DNA of 64,000 bases from Chrysomallon squamiferum (Eukaryota > Animalia > Mollusca), in assembly GCA_012295275.1 (NCBI GenBank), contig CM022668.1:7626001-7690000 (forward strand), written 5' to 3'. The notes under the pieces are model-generated. The model was not told the origin of the DNA and did no database searches. It saw only the letters and a list, made by a program, of their open reading frames with translations. Below are positions 44,430 to 57,060 of the stretch, piece by piece (within the stretch, counting starts at the first letter, position 1; every line of letters starts with the position of its first letter). A program made the translations under genes and the position numbers.

Positions 44430-46600
44430 ATTTTGTCAGATCTAACAATGGCTGTATGATTCAAAAGACTGTACAATAAAATTATATTTTTAACTATTTA
44501 TGATTATTTTCATGTTGCAACATGTCAAATTAATAAGCTTTATTTGTGCTTGCTTCATATCGAGACAACAAAAAATTATTTTTATTTTTCAGACATAAAA
44601 CTATACAATTAAACGACTATATAACAAAAATTATATCTTTATTTATTCTTGCATACAACCAAGATTACTCAAGATTATTCTGTTTTGTCAGACTTATCTA
44701 CTGTACTATTAACATGCTGTGTAATAAAATATCTGTAATCTGTTTAAGATTATTGTAATATTTCAGTTGTTTACGACTTGCCAAATAGTAGGCTTTATTT
44801 ACAAATTTAACAACCCTTGGTGAATTTCATCAGGCTTGGCAGCAAGTAGTAGCTATGTTTGTTTGTATACAGCAAAATTATGCATTTAGCCAGTTTAAGA
44901 TTATTGTTATTTTCTGTATTTAGCTATATTCGTTCTTGTAAAAAAAAAAAACTGTGTACTTAACCAGTTTATGATTACTGTTATATTCTGTATTTGGCTA
45001 TATTCTTTCTTATGTAATAAAACTGCACTTAACCAAGTTTAAGATTACTGTTATGTTTCTAAACTTAGTATCTATGACATTAAAAACCTATATTAGTTTT
45101 TATAACAGTAAAACTATGGACTTAATCAATTTGAGATTACTGTTATGTTTCTAAGCTTAGCAACAAAAACATTAAAAACCTATATTAGTTTTTATATCAG
45201 TAAAACTGTGGACTTAATCAATTTGCGAATATTGTTATGTTTCTGTACTTAGCTAGTAAAATGAATAGGTTCTGTTTGTTCTTGTACAATACAATCATGT
45301 ATTTATCAGTTTCAGATGATTGCTGTGTTTCTTAGAGCCACCTAATTTGCTCTATTGGTTCTTGTTCAATAAAACTGTGGATGTAACCATTTTGAGATTA
45401 TTACAATATTACTATGCATAGCAACTGTCACATTCAAAGGCTTTATTTGTTTGTATACAATAAAATTATGTACTTAATCAATTTAAGATTACTGTTATGT
45501 TTCTAAGCTTAGTAATATAACGTTAATAGGTTGCATTTGTTCAGTTACAATAAAACTATGTATTTGATTTTATTTTCTGTGCTTACTGGTTGTCACCTCA
45601 ACAAGCTACATTTATGTATACACAATAAAATTATTTCTTTAATTTATTTAAGATTATTGTTATATGTCTGTTTTTCACAATTAAACAGTTATCTAAATAG
45701 CTAAGTTTATTCCTGTATAATATATTTGTTCTAGTATAACGAAATCACGTACTTCATCAGTTTAATGAACTTTCATTGTCATGTTTCTAAGCTTTCTATG
45801 AAATTAAATTTATTTGTTCCTGTACAATAAAATTATATGTTTATTAGTTTAGTATTATTGTTATGTTTCTCTTTACTAAATGTCAAGTAAATCAGTTCCA
45901 GTACAATAAAATTATGTACTTTATCAGTTTTGGATTGATGTTATGTTTCTGTGTTTGGCAGCTATGAAATTATTTGTTGTATTTGTTCCTATAAAATGAA
46001 ACTGCGGACTTAAGATTATTCTAATGTTTCTATGGTTATCAGTTGTTAAAATTAATAGGAGATTATTTAGTTCCTGTGTAATAAAATTATTTCACTAATC
46101 AATTTACAAATATTATGCTTCTATTATATTAGCAGCTTTGAAATTAATGGCTAAATTTATTCCTATACATTAAATTATTAGTTAATTATTTTAAGATTTC
46201 TGTTATGTTTCTTGCATGTAAGAAATTAAGAGGCTATTTTTGTTTCCATACAATAAATTATTTCTTTAATCAATGTAAGAATATTTTTATGTTTCTATAC
46301 TTAGAACAAACAGTCTATATTCATGGATGTATATGACATAACCAATTTAAGACAAATACTAATATTCTGCCTTAGCAACAATCAAACTAAGAATCTCTGC
46401 TTGTTCATGTACAATAAAATTATGTCCTTGACTAATTTAACAATATATACTTAGCAACTATGGAATTAACATGTTTTGTTTGTTCCAGTACAATAAAATC
46501 ATGTCCTTAACTAACTTAATATTTTATAATGTGGTTATTCTTAACAATGATGAAATTAATATGTGGGTGTTTCTGAACAACATAATTATGAGATAGAACC
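44430..46600. repeat. Ancient degenerate satellite, period about 80-90 bp
   Basis: Motif TACAATAAAA(T/C)TATG..CTTAATCAATTTAAGATTACTGTTATGTTTCT recurs about 20 times (e.g. near 45015, 45107, 45198, 45367, 45457, 45548, 45824, 45904). Confidence 0.85.
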
Positions 46601-46619
46601 ATAATAATGTTATTGCTTA

Positions 46620-47900
46620 AATGCAATGTTTCCTTTCGTATTTTATCTTCATAATAACAAAATATAAATATTCCTAACTCATTCCAGTTTTTTTGTATCA
46701 TATTCTATTCATAAGATTATCACAAAAAAAGCTGGTTTAATATCTGACCTGTGTACCAAATTAGAAAGAAACATATTATAACTTGTTATGTCCTTGAGAA
46801 TTTTATCTTCATAATAACGAAATGTAAATACTGTGAAAACATCCCAGCTCTTTTGTATCATTTATAGTTCATCAGCTAGTAAAACATTATCACCAAAAAA
46901 GTTGACTTAATATCCAACATGTGTACAAGTGGAAGAGACATATATAACATAAAAGCAATGTGTCCTAATGTATTTTCTCAGTGGCTGAAAAAAAGTCACA
47001 ATTTAGTACATGAAAAAAAGTCAGAAAATGTATAGGTTTGTAGAATATTGAATGTGGCATCATAGTATGCATGGGATAATTGTTAAGCTTATTGATTAGG
47101 CTAGATTAAAGAAAGAGGCTTCATATTGTGCAGGGGAGGTGACTTGTTACACTTATTAATTAGGATAAGTTTGGCAGGATTAGGTCCAGCTTACTGATTA
47201 GGATAGATTTAAACTAAGGGCTTCCTATTGTAAATGATTTATAAAATGTTCCAGGATAAAATGTGTTTCACTATATATTCTCGAGCTTGTTCTAGGATCA
47301 GAAATGTGTTTAATATGGAAATTATTCATAGCAATAAAGGTGGTAACAAAATCTGTTATGAGGGTTCATGTATACCAAACATGCAACTTGCAAAACAAAG
47401 TTGTGGGTGAATTGTGTCAAAAGATCTAGTTGTAATTGAGAGAATTTCTTCAATTATTGGGTGGAACATCCGCCTAAACCACAAACATTAAAATCAAAGA
47501 ACATTAACAAAAAACTCAAACAAAATGTTTAATCTATTTCATCAGTTAGCAATTTATAACAACAAAGCTGATTCAACTAAAAGCATGTGTACCAAATGGG
47601 AGAGAAACATGTTATAACTTAAAATCAGTATTTTGATGTAGCAGTATTTTCTCTTCATAGTAACAAAGTCTAAATACTCAAAAACCATCACAGCTGTTTG
47701 GGATCATTTATAGTTTGTCATTTACCAGCTTACAACAACATTTATTTAAATTTCAATAAAGGCATGTCTACAGAATGGGAGATAATGAAATTATGACTTG
47801 AAGCAGTATTATGTCCTAGAGTATTTTCTCTTCACATGTAAATACTGTGAAAACATCCCAGCTGTTTTGTATCATTTACATCATCAGTTACCAGATCATC
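46620..47900. repeat. Four diverged copies of a ~150-bp unit
   Basis: ATTTT(A/C)TCTTCATAATAAC..AAATAC..CATCCCAGCT..TTTGTATCAT near 46640, 46800, 47645 and 47822. Confidence 0.75.
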
Positions 47901-49362
47901 ACCAAACCAGCTGAGTAAACAAGTAAGCTGGTTGTTGTTGTAAACAGTCTTACGTAAACATTTAACTGTCAGTTTGCAAGTCTGAGGTGTGTTTAATTAG
48001 GTGGCAGTTAACATTACATAACATTACACACACAAAACGTGTTGATGTGGCAATACACGTTTTTAATGTTACCTGTACCTGAAGTGTTAAATATGGCAAT
48101 TAACATTATGTAAAGCTATATTTACATAAATTATCTATATGTTGCAGTTAATATTAAGTAATATACATTGTGTTTTTGATGTAGCAATTAAAGATAATCT
48201 ATAAATATATCTGTATAAAATGATGTTGTAGTTAATGTTATGTAATGCTATCTGTATGAAGCATTTTGTGATAATAATGTAACATATTGATATATATGTA
48301 TTATGTTTAATATAGTGACAATAGGTAATGCTATATGTATGATAATATATTTATGTTGCAATTAATGTTATGTTATATTATCAGTAGTAACATTTAACAT
48401 TAATACTTTATAATACTGTCAACATAAAAAATGTTTAAAATCAGATGAAAATCAGTATTTTACAAAACTAAAATGTGTTTAAAAAGGCAGTCATGTTATT
48501 TTTTCGTCATAATAATTTCACACCATTATTTTTACTTTTTCTTTTTTCCACAAATAAAAAATTTCTGAGTACAAACTGTTTTTAAATACAACCCTTTAGG
48601 AATGAGAACTTGACTGACCTGTAACAGATTCATTTTTATTTTCTTTCTCGCAGTTGATATCAGTTTGAACCCAGTGACGTGTTTGTGCTATCTCATGTAA
48701 AATCAGACACCAAGCATGGAATAAGTGTATGTTTTACCAGATTTTATTTTTGATGTTAAAGTTTATTAAGTAACACAAAATGTAACTCTGCAGACATGAT
48801 TTATTTTTATGAGTCATTTGTGAGTTTTATCAGTTACTCACAGACTCACAGACATCTTGAAAATCATAATGACTTGAATCTGTTTCTTGCTGTTACAAGA
48901 AAACAGCCATGATGATGATGCTGCTGTTGATGCTGATGATGATGATGATGATATTACAAAAACAATAACAATGATAATGATAATAACAACACCAATTAAA
49001 TTAATAATCATAATGATGATGATGATGATGATGATGAATAATGCAAAAACAATAGAATGATAATGATGTGATAATAATGTTGGTGGTAACAACATCATTA
49101 ATATTAATAATCATAACAATGATGATAAGGGGGATAATGATGATAAGGATGATGATACTGATAATCATGATGATGATAATGCTGGGTAAAAATAAAAAAT
49201 AATGTTTCTGTTTCTCATGTTTGACTTACAGAAATATAATTTCTTGTTCAAACATCAGAGTGTTATTTTTACACAAACATTTAAAAATAAAAAATAAATA
49301 TGAAATAAATATTTTACTTACATACAGTTGTCTGGTGAAAATATTCAAGATATAAAGAGTCA

Positions 49363-49396
49363 ACTTACCTGAAAAAAAAAAAAAAAAAATGTTAAG
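49363..49396 (-). other. Candidate recursive splice site (ratchet point) 1
   Basis: Minus strand reads CTTAAC-A-(T)18-CAG|GTAAGTTG: branch-like motif, poly-T tract, acceptor AG (49370-49369) directly abutting a consensus donor GTAAGT (49368-49363). Lies 3.9 kb downstream of the exon A donor, same strand. Confidence 0.7.
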
Positions 49397-49499
49397 TTTT
49401 TTATTGCATACAAAAAAGTGTTGAAAACATTCCAAAAGAAATAAAAGAAAAAGTTAATAATTAAGTTAAGCAGATAAATAAGGAATGTTGGTTCATGTG

Positions 49500-50150
49500 T
49501 GTGACTGTGTTTGTGTGTGCGTCTATAATATACACTGTATAAACATATATGTTTGTATGTATGTATGTGTGTATGTTTTGTATGTCTATATATACATTGT
49601 ATATACATATATGTATGTATGTGTGTGTGTGTATATACATTGTATAAACATGTATGTTTATATGTATGTATGTATGTGTCTGTGTGTTTCTGTGTGTCTA
49701 TATATATATAAACATATATGTTTGTATGTATGTATGTATATACATTGTATAAACATGTATGTTTATATGTATGTATGTATGTGTCTGTGTGTTTCTGTGT
49801 GCGTCTATATATACACTGTATAAACATATATGTTTGTATGTATGTATGTGTGTCTGTATATACATTGTATAAACATGTATGTTTATATGTATGTATGTAT
49901 GTGTCTGTGTGTTTCTGTGTGCGTCTATATATACACTGTATAAACATATATGTTTGTATGTATGTATGTGTGTATGTTTTGTATGTCTATATATACATTG
50001 TATATACATATATGTATGTATGTATGTGTGTCTGTATATACATTGTATAAACATGTATGTTTATATGTATGTATGTATGTGTCTGTGTGTTTCTGTGTGT
50101 GTATATATACACTGTATAAACATGTATGTTTGTATGTATGTATGTATGTG

Positions 50151-50180
<30 letters not shown>
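49500..50180. repeat. Higher-order tandem repeat built from TATG/TG/TA microsatellite pieces
   Basis: Recurrent TATATACA(T/C)TGTATAAACAT(G/A)TATGTTT and GTGTCTGTGTGTTTCTGTGT blocks; lines 49741-49860 recur almost exactly at 49861-49970. Confidence 0.9.
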
Positions 50181-50181
<1 letters not shown>

Positions 50182-50861
50182 GTTTGTGTCTGTGTGCATG
50201 TTGTATGGCTATATAAAAATACATGTGCATTATATACATACAGGTTAACTATCTTTATTTAATAGTTAAATCTTAATATAGTATATATGCAATATCAAAT
50301 ATACAGATATACACATATATACTCATACACACACAAACTCAGTACATCATCTGACATTATTTATTTAAAAGTTGTATGAAGTCTAATAATAAAAATCTGA
50401 GATGTACATTACAAGTCCAGAGATCTGACAAGATGTGGAGTATGACTAATAGGAAATGACAAGTAATCAATCACAGTGGATAATAGGATGTACTGTCTGT
50501 GTCGGTGTATTTTTCATTTCAACTGTTTTTCCCATTCTAGACAGTGTCTCAAGGCGATGAACATCTGAATACAATTTATAGCATATGGTAACTGCATAAG
50601 TTATATATTTTGTATTAGATTACTAAATGGACTGTTGATATCAGAAAGCTATTTTTACACTCTAACCAGTGTTTCACAATAATAGAAATTTAAATGCAGT
50701 TCATATAGTATTCAGAGAAATATTTTGAAAAAACATTCAAAACAAGTTCTCTAGTTATTGAAAATTTAAAGATGATTCTCATGAGTAATGGATAAATAAA
50801 AAGGATTCTCTCAGTAAAATAGTATTTATGTTATTTAATTTAATTATTATCTCATTCCAAC

Positions 50862-50954
<93 letters not shown>

Positions 50955-51853
50955 GAAGACTATCTGTAAATTAATCTTTGTGTTTGTAAATTATTATCTC
51001 ATTCTGACCACTGTCTCTGTCTCTAGATTACAAAGATTTAAACAATGAGTGAAAAAACAAAAACAAATTCATTGTTATTAAAAAAAAGTCATTAAAGAAG
51101 TTACTGAATCACAAACAACACAGATTTATAAAATGAATAATTGAAGAACAAGTTTCTTAGGTTTAAAAATTTTTTTAAACATTTGTCTGTGTTATATTAA
51201 AATCTCACTCGCTTCTTTACATGTTTTGCTTTTTCTCTTCTGCTCTCAGACACACCCATCCATTTATACACAGTTTTTTTTTTGTTTTCCTCTTCTCCAT
51301 CTTAGTCTCCATCTCTCTCTTTCTATCTGTCAGTCTCTCCATCTCTGTCTTCTTTCATTTTTTTCTCTCTCTGTTTTCATGACCTTCTCTATACTTTCTC
51401 TGTCTCTCTCTTTTCCCAGGTTTTCTTTGTCTCTCTTTCTTTCACTCTTTCACTGACTTGTTATCTCCTTTATTCACTCTTTCTCTCATTATATCTGTTT
51501 TTCTCTCTCTTTATCTTCACACTATTAATTTATTTCTCTTTCTATCTCTCTCTGCACCTTCTTTTCCCTTTCTTTAAACTATTTATTAGTAACACGATAC
51601 AATAATAATAAAAACTAAACCAAATAAATAACAAATAATAATTTACTTTGCTAAACAATCATGATTTAAAGATGTGACTTTTCATTGGTTTTTCTAACAA
51701 AGTTACTGATTGGTCATTAAAAAAACCCAATAAAAAATACATTAAACAAAAACATAGAAGACTCAACCAATAAAAAAAACCTACAAAAAAAACAACAAAC
51801 AGAAACAATAAAGGAAGAAATGTTTTCTAAATGCTGCCAGTTAATTTTGTTAG

Positions 51854-51866
51854 TGACCTTTGACCT
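51854..51866 (-). promoter_or_regulatory. Perfect DR1 nuclear-receptor element (plus strand TGACCTTTGACCT)
   Basis: Exact AGGTCA-A-AGGTCA on the minus strand, 1.5 kb into the intron after exon A; motif only. Confidence 0.4.
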
Positions 51867-53316
51867 CTAATAAAAACAATTATTCAGTTAGCTGTACTTT
51901 TCTATCTCATATGAAAGAGAGCTTCTTTTTTTTATGATGATTTTCCAGTTAAAGTGCTACTGTTACCGAAGACTTCAAAACAGGGATTTTTGTCCTGTGT
52001 TGAAAGCATCCATATTCATTGCATTTTAGCAGATAAACAGAAAACTGAATAAAGAATTTGTTCAGCCAGTGATTAATATTTCACTATGCTTATTCATGAG
52101 AGAAAAAATAGAATCTAGAAGCCAAAAGGATGATGCAATAAAAAAATAATTTTTGTGTTTATTGATGTGTTCACGTGTGTGTGTGTTTGTATGTGTATGT
52201 ATTTCTATATATGTTTATGTTTGTATATATGTGTGTGTGTGTGTGAGTATATGTATGTATGTATATATGTGTGTGTGTGTGTGTGTGTTTATTTGTATAT
52301 GTATGTACATATGTGTGTGTGTGTTTATTTGTATATGTATGTATGTATATATGTGTTTGTGTGTGTGTGTGTGTAAGGTACATATGTTTGTATAGTAAAT
52401 ATGAGTGTGTGTTACAAAAACCCACATTGTAATTTATAAAGTTTCACAATATTTAGGAACTCAGTTTCAGTTACTACAAATAGATACTGTTACTACTACA
52501 ACTACCACCACTACCACAACTACCACAACCATCACAACCTCCAATTAATTGCTTGATTAAAATAACCAGTAACAGTTTTATTTTCAGTATTCCTAAAGTG
52601 TATGAATTTCTGATATAAAATATGCTGACAGAAATGGTAACAAATTTCAGTTGGAAAGAAATTATTGTGTAATCACTGGCACAGAAGAGACATGTTAACT
52701 AAATGTGTCTTTACTTTATCAGTGAGAGATAGCTAACATACACATTTACACAATTTTCACTTCAAATTTATATTTATATTCAAAACTTATATGATTAAGA
52801 TGTTAGATTACTATTTTTATCAGCATTTACGCAGTTCTAAATTTACATGAAAATTTGTTTATATTCAAATTTATACAGTTCTGACTTTAGATGATGATTA
52901 TTTTTATCAATATTTATACAATTCTAAATTTATATGTGTATATTCAGATTTATAAAATTTTGGCTACACTATTTTGACTTCAGATGAAATATTTTCTATA
53001 CTAACATTTTTACTATTTATACTTCAGATTAAAACATTTCTTCTTCTTTTTTATTTAATCATTTAAAGAATGTTGACACTGAGGGACTTTTATATTCATA
53101 TTTGTACCTTTCTGACTTCAGCTGAAAACTGCTTTTACAGTTTTGACTTTAGGTCAAAGACTTTTTATACTGACATGTTTACAATTTCACCTTTAATAAT
53201 AATAATAACAATAATAATATATAAAATAATAATAATAATAGTAAGAATAATAATGATAATAATAATAGTAATGATGATGATGATGACAATTTTAATAATA
53301 TTAAAAACCGTCTTAC

Positions 53317-53383
53317 CTATGGTATACTGGTGACTGTCTACTCTAATTAGACATTTTCTAACAGGCAAAGACGTCTGCTTCAT
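53317..53383 (-). CDS. PDE1: Alternative first coding exon A (MKQTSLPVRKCLIRVDSHQYTI+G, phase 1); probable N-terminus of a Ca2+/calmodulin-dependent cyclic nucleotide phosphodiesterase (PDE1-like)
   Basis: ATG at 53383-53381 in ACAAAATG context with an in-frame TGA three codons upstream. 22 codons plus 1 nt of non-repetitive sequence, then a strong donor ATAG|GTAAGA (GT at 53316-53315) followed by an AT microsatellite. KCLIRVDSHQYTI resembles the recalled PDE1 N-terminal motif (fly Pde1c KCFLNVDGYSYVI-like, human PDE1C FSIDGYSFTI-like). The gene identity rests only on this short recalled motif and needs BLAST. Confidence 0.6.
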
Positions 53384-54279
53384 TTTGTTTCACTCTTTTC
53401 ACAATTTCTCAGTAATAAAACAAAACAAATGTTTGTCCTTGTTAAGTCCTGAAAACACTGAGAATAAGAATATCTACTGGAATTAACTTCTTTCTCTTTC
53501 CACTTTGTGTTTTTGTCACTTGTCCAAGTAGCTGATTACAACTTTTGTTAGCTAACAGTTTCTTTGTAAACAACAACCAGGTTTACGTTTATGTTAGGTA
53601 AACATTCTCTGTAACAGAGACAATGACTTTATGTTAAGTTGAAAATTATTTGTCACTGTTTTACTGGTTTTGTGTAAACATCGTAACCAATCGTTGATTT
53701 CACCTTTATGTTAGGTAAACATCCTTTGTAAACATTCAATTTTTGTCTTTATATTAGGTAAACATTTGTAAACAATACTTTTTTTTTAACTTTTTGTTAA
53801 GTAATTATTCGTAAACAACAATTAAGTTTGATCTTTAACTTGGGGAAAATATTTTTATAAGCAATAGATTTTTATAAATTTAGTAATAGTCTTTGTAAAC
53901 AACATTCAGTTTTACTTTTATATTAAGTAAACATTTTTTGTATTCAATTTCACTTCGATATTAAGAACAAAATGTGATGACAGTACATTATGATCTATCT
54001 TTATGTTAAGAAAAACAATTCTTTGAAAATAATATTACTCAGAACTGGATTTAATATTGAATGGAAGGCTTATAGTTCATTCAGTTCCTTATAATTTTAA
54101 ATTAAGTAATCTAACTTTGTCATTAAAACTTTTAAAACTTTCAAAGTTGTATAAATACACTCTATAAATCCCAGTTTGTTTTGACTGCAGATAAAACAAG
54201 ATAATACACAGAGTCTATAAAGATTCCAAGAATCATAAAACTGTAGCTGGGGTTATTTTCAGTATGGTTCCATCAACAT

Positions 54280-54525
54280 TAAATATTTCATTTTAAGTTG
54301 TATTCCACTTTAAGTCAAATGTGTTCCACTTTAAGTAAAATACTTTCCTGTTTAAATCACTTTTGTTCCACTTTAAGTCAAACTGGTTCTACTTTAAATC
54401 ACTGATGATCCATTTTAAGTCACTAAGTCTGTTTCACTTTAAGTCAAATATGTTCCATTTCAAATCACACACATTCCACTTTAAGTCAAAATTTCCTACT
54501 TCAAATCATCAATGTTTCACTTTGA
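54280..54525. repeat. Degenerate ~21-bp tandem repeat (TTCCACTTTAAGTCAAAT)
   Basis: About 11 units; produces the spurious FHFKS ORF. Confidence 0.85.
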
Positions 54526-55499
54526 ACCAGAGAAACAAAATGAACTCAAGCTGAAGAAAATAAATAAAACATCAAACGAACCTTGAAGAAAACTCTTTTC
54601 AAACTGCACCCATTTTTAATTTCCTTAATCTTACACATTCCACATTTACTCTTTTTATATATTTTTATTTTTACGAGATTCCTGCACTTAATTTATCTTT
54701 ATCTAAATTCCTCTTAATAAGAAATAAAAGTGGCAGACACACAGAAGTGTGTTATACAGTCCGTATGTATGGAAGGCAAGAAACTTTTGCTTTGAGGATC
54801 ACAAACTGTTTCTGTCAATATCATCCCATTTGCACAAATAAGCACAACTGCTCGTGTAGATAATACTATCTTGTCAAATGCCTTTATTGATACTGGCTCC
54901 AGCCTCTCTCAGTTTATAGCACGAAAACATGTTTGGAGGAGTTAGGGGTGTAATTTCACATGAATCTTTGTCTCCAGTGAAACATGGGGATACAGTAAAG
55001 TGACAGAGTAAAAAGTAAAACTTTAAAAAAAACATTTATAAGTTTGGTTGTGGATATAATTATTTCAAAATATCTGTAGAAGATTGTGTATTAAAAGTGA
55101 TGTATAGATGACTCAGTCTGTATATTTAATTTGATCACATTATCTGTTAGAAAAAATAAAGTAACTACAAATGATAAAAAGGTATGTTGTTATGTTAATT
55201 AGTATACTGGTATGTTAGTATGTTAGTTGCTATGTGTAAGTATAATGATGTATTAGTGCAGTAGACAGCTTGAATATTGGCTTTCTAGGATATTGGCTTA
55301 TTGTTTATTCGTTTGTTCATCATATGTTGTTAGTGCATTGAATTACAAGTGTGTTAGTGTGTTAGATTCAGAAACTATACACATTCTTACACCTCTGTGT
55401 TCACACTTTGAAGAAACTTCTGACAAGAACTGATCTCAGTGCATACCACTTTTCAAGCTTATGTTTTACTGCTGTGTGCCGTAACCATCACCCCCTCAA

Positions 55500-57060
55500 C
55501 CCAAACTGACCACCCCTCTCTTCAACCTTCTCACCAACTCTCTCTTCAACCCATTCTCACTATCTCTCTCTTCAACCCATTCTCGCCATCTCTTTCTTCA
55601 ACCCATTCTCACCATCCCTCTCTTCAACCCATTCTCACCATCTCTTTCTTCAAACCATTCTCACCAACTCTCTCTTCAACCCATTCTCACATTCTCTCTC
55701 TTCAACCCATTCTCACCATCTCTTTCTTCAAACCATTCTAACAATCACTCTCTTCAACCCATTCTCATCAACTCTCTCTTCAACCCATTCTCTCTCTTCA
55801 ACCCATTCTCACCATCTCTTTCTTCAAACTATTCTCACCATCCCTCTCTTCAACCCATTCTCACAATCCCTCTCTTCAAACCATTCTCACAATCCCTCTC
55901 TTCAACCCATTCTCACTATCCCTCTCTTCAACCCATTCTCACAATCCCTCTTCAATCTTCTCACAATCCCTCTCTTCAAACCGTTCTCACAATCCCTCTC
56001 TTCAAACCGTTCTCACAATCCCTCTCTTCAACCCATTCTCACCATCCCTCTCTTCAACCTTCTCACAATCCCTCTTCAATCTTTTCCCCATTCTCTTCAA
56101 ACCGTTCTCACAATCCCTCTCTTCAACCCATTCTCACCATCCCTCTCTTTAACCTTCTCACAATCCCTCTTCAGTCTTGTCCCAATCCCTCTCTTCAACC
56201 CATTCTCACCATCCCTCTCTTCAACCCATTCTCACCATCCCTCTCTTCAACCCATTCTCACCATCTCTCTTCAACCCATTCTTACCATCTCTTTCTTCAA
56301 CCCATTCTCACCATCCCTATCTTCAACCTTCTCACAATCCCTCTTCAACCTTCTCAACCCATTCTCACCATCTCTCTTCAACCCATTCTCAACCCACCAT
56401 CTCTCTCTTCAACCTTCTCACAATCCCTCTCTTCAACCTTCTCACAATCTCTCTTCAACCCATTCTCACAATCTCTCTCTTCAACCTTCTGACAATCCCT
56501 CTCTTCAACCCATTCTCACCATCCCTATCTTCAACCTTCTGACAATCCCTCTTCAACCTTCTCACAATCCCCTCTTCAACCTTCTCACAATCCCTCTCTA
56601 CAACCCATTCTGACAATCCCTCTCTTCAACCCATTCTCACAATCCCTATTTTCAAGCCAGTATCACAATCCCTCTCTACAACCCATTCTGACAATCCCTC
56701 TCTTCAACCCATTCTCACAATCCCTATTTTCAAGCCAGTATCACAATCCCTCTCATCAACCCATTCTCACAATCCCTCTCATCAACCCATTCTCACAATC
56801 CCTCTCTTCAACCCATTCTCACAATCCCTCATTTCAAGCCAGTATGACAATCCCTCTCTTCAACCCATTCTCACAATCCCTCTCATCAACCCATTCTCAC
56901 AATCCCTCTCTTCAACCCATTCTCACAATCCCTCTCTTCAACCCATTCTCACAATCCCTCATTTCAAGCCAGTATTACAATCCCTCTCTTCAATCCATTC
57001 TCACAATCCCTATCTTCAACCCATACTCCTTAAGCTACAATCACCACCCCCTCAACCCAT
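55500..57060. repeat. ~26-bp pyrimidine-rich minisatellite (TCTCACAATCCCTCTCTTCAACCCAT), about 1.5 kb
   Basis: Continuous tandem units with local variants (CACC/CACA, AACCTT/AACCCATT, CAAGCCAGTA near the right end); almost no G on the plus strand. Confidence 0.95.
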
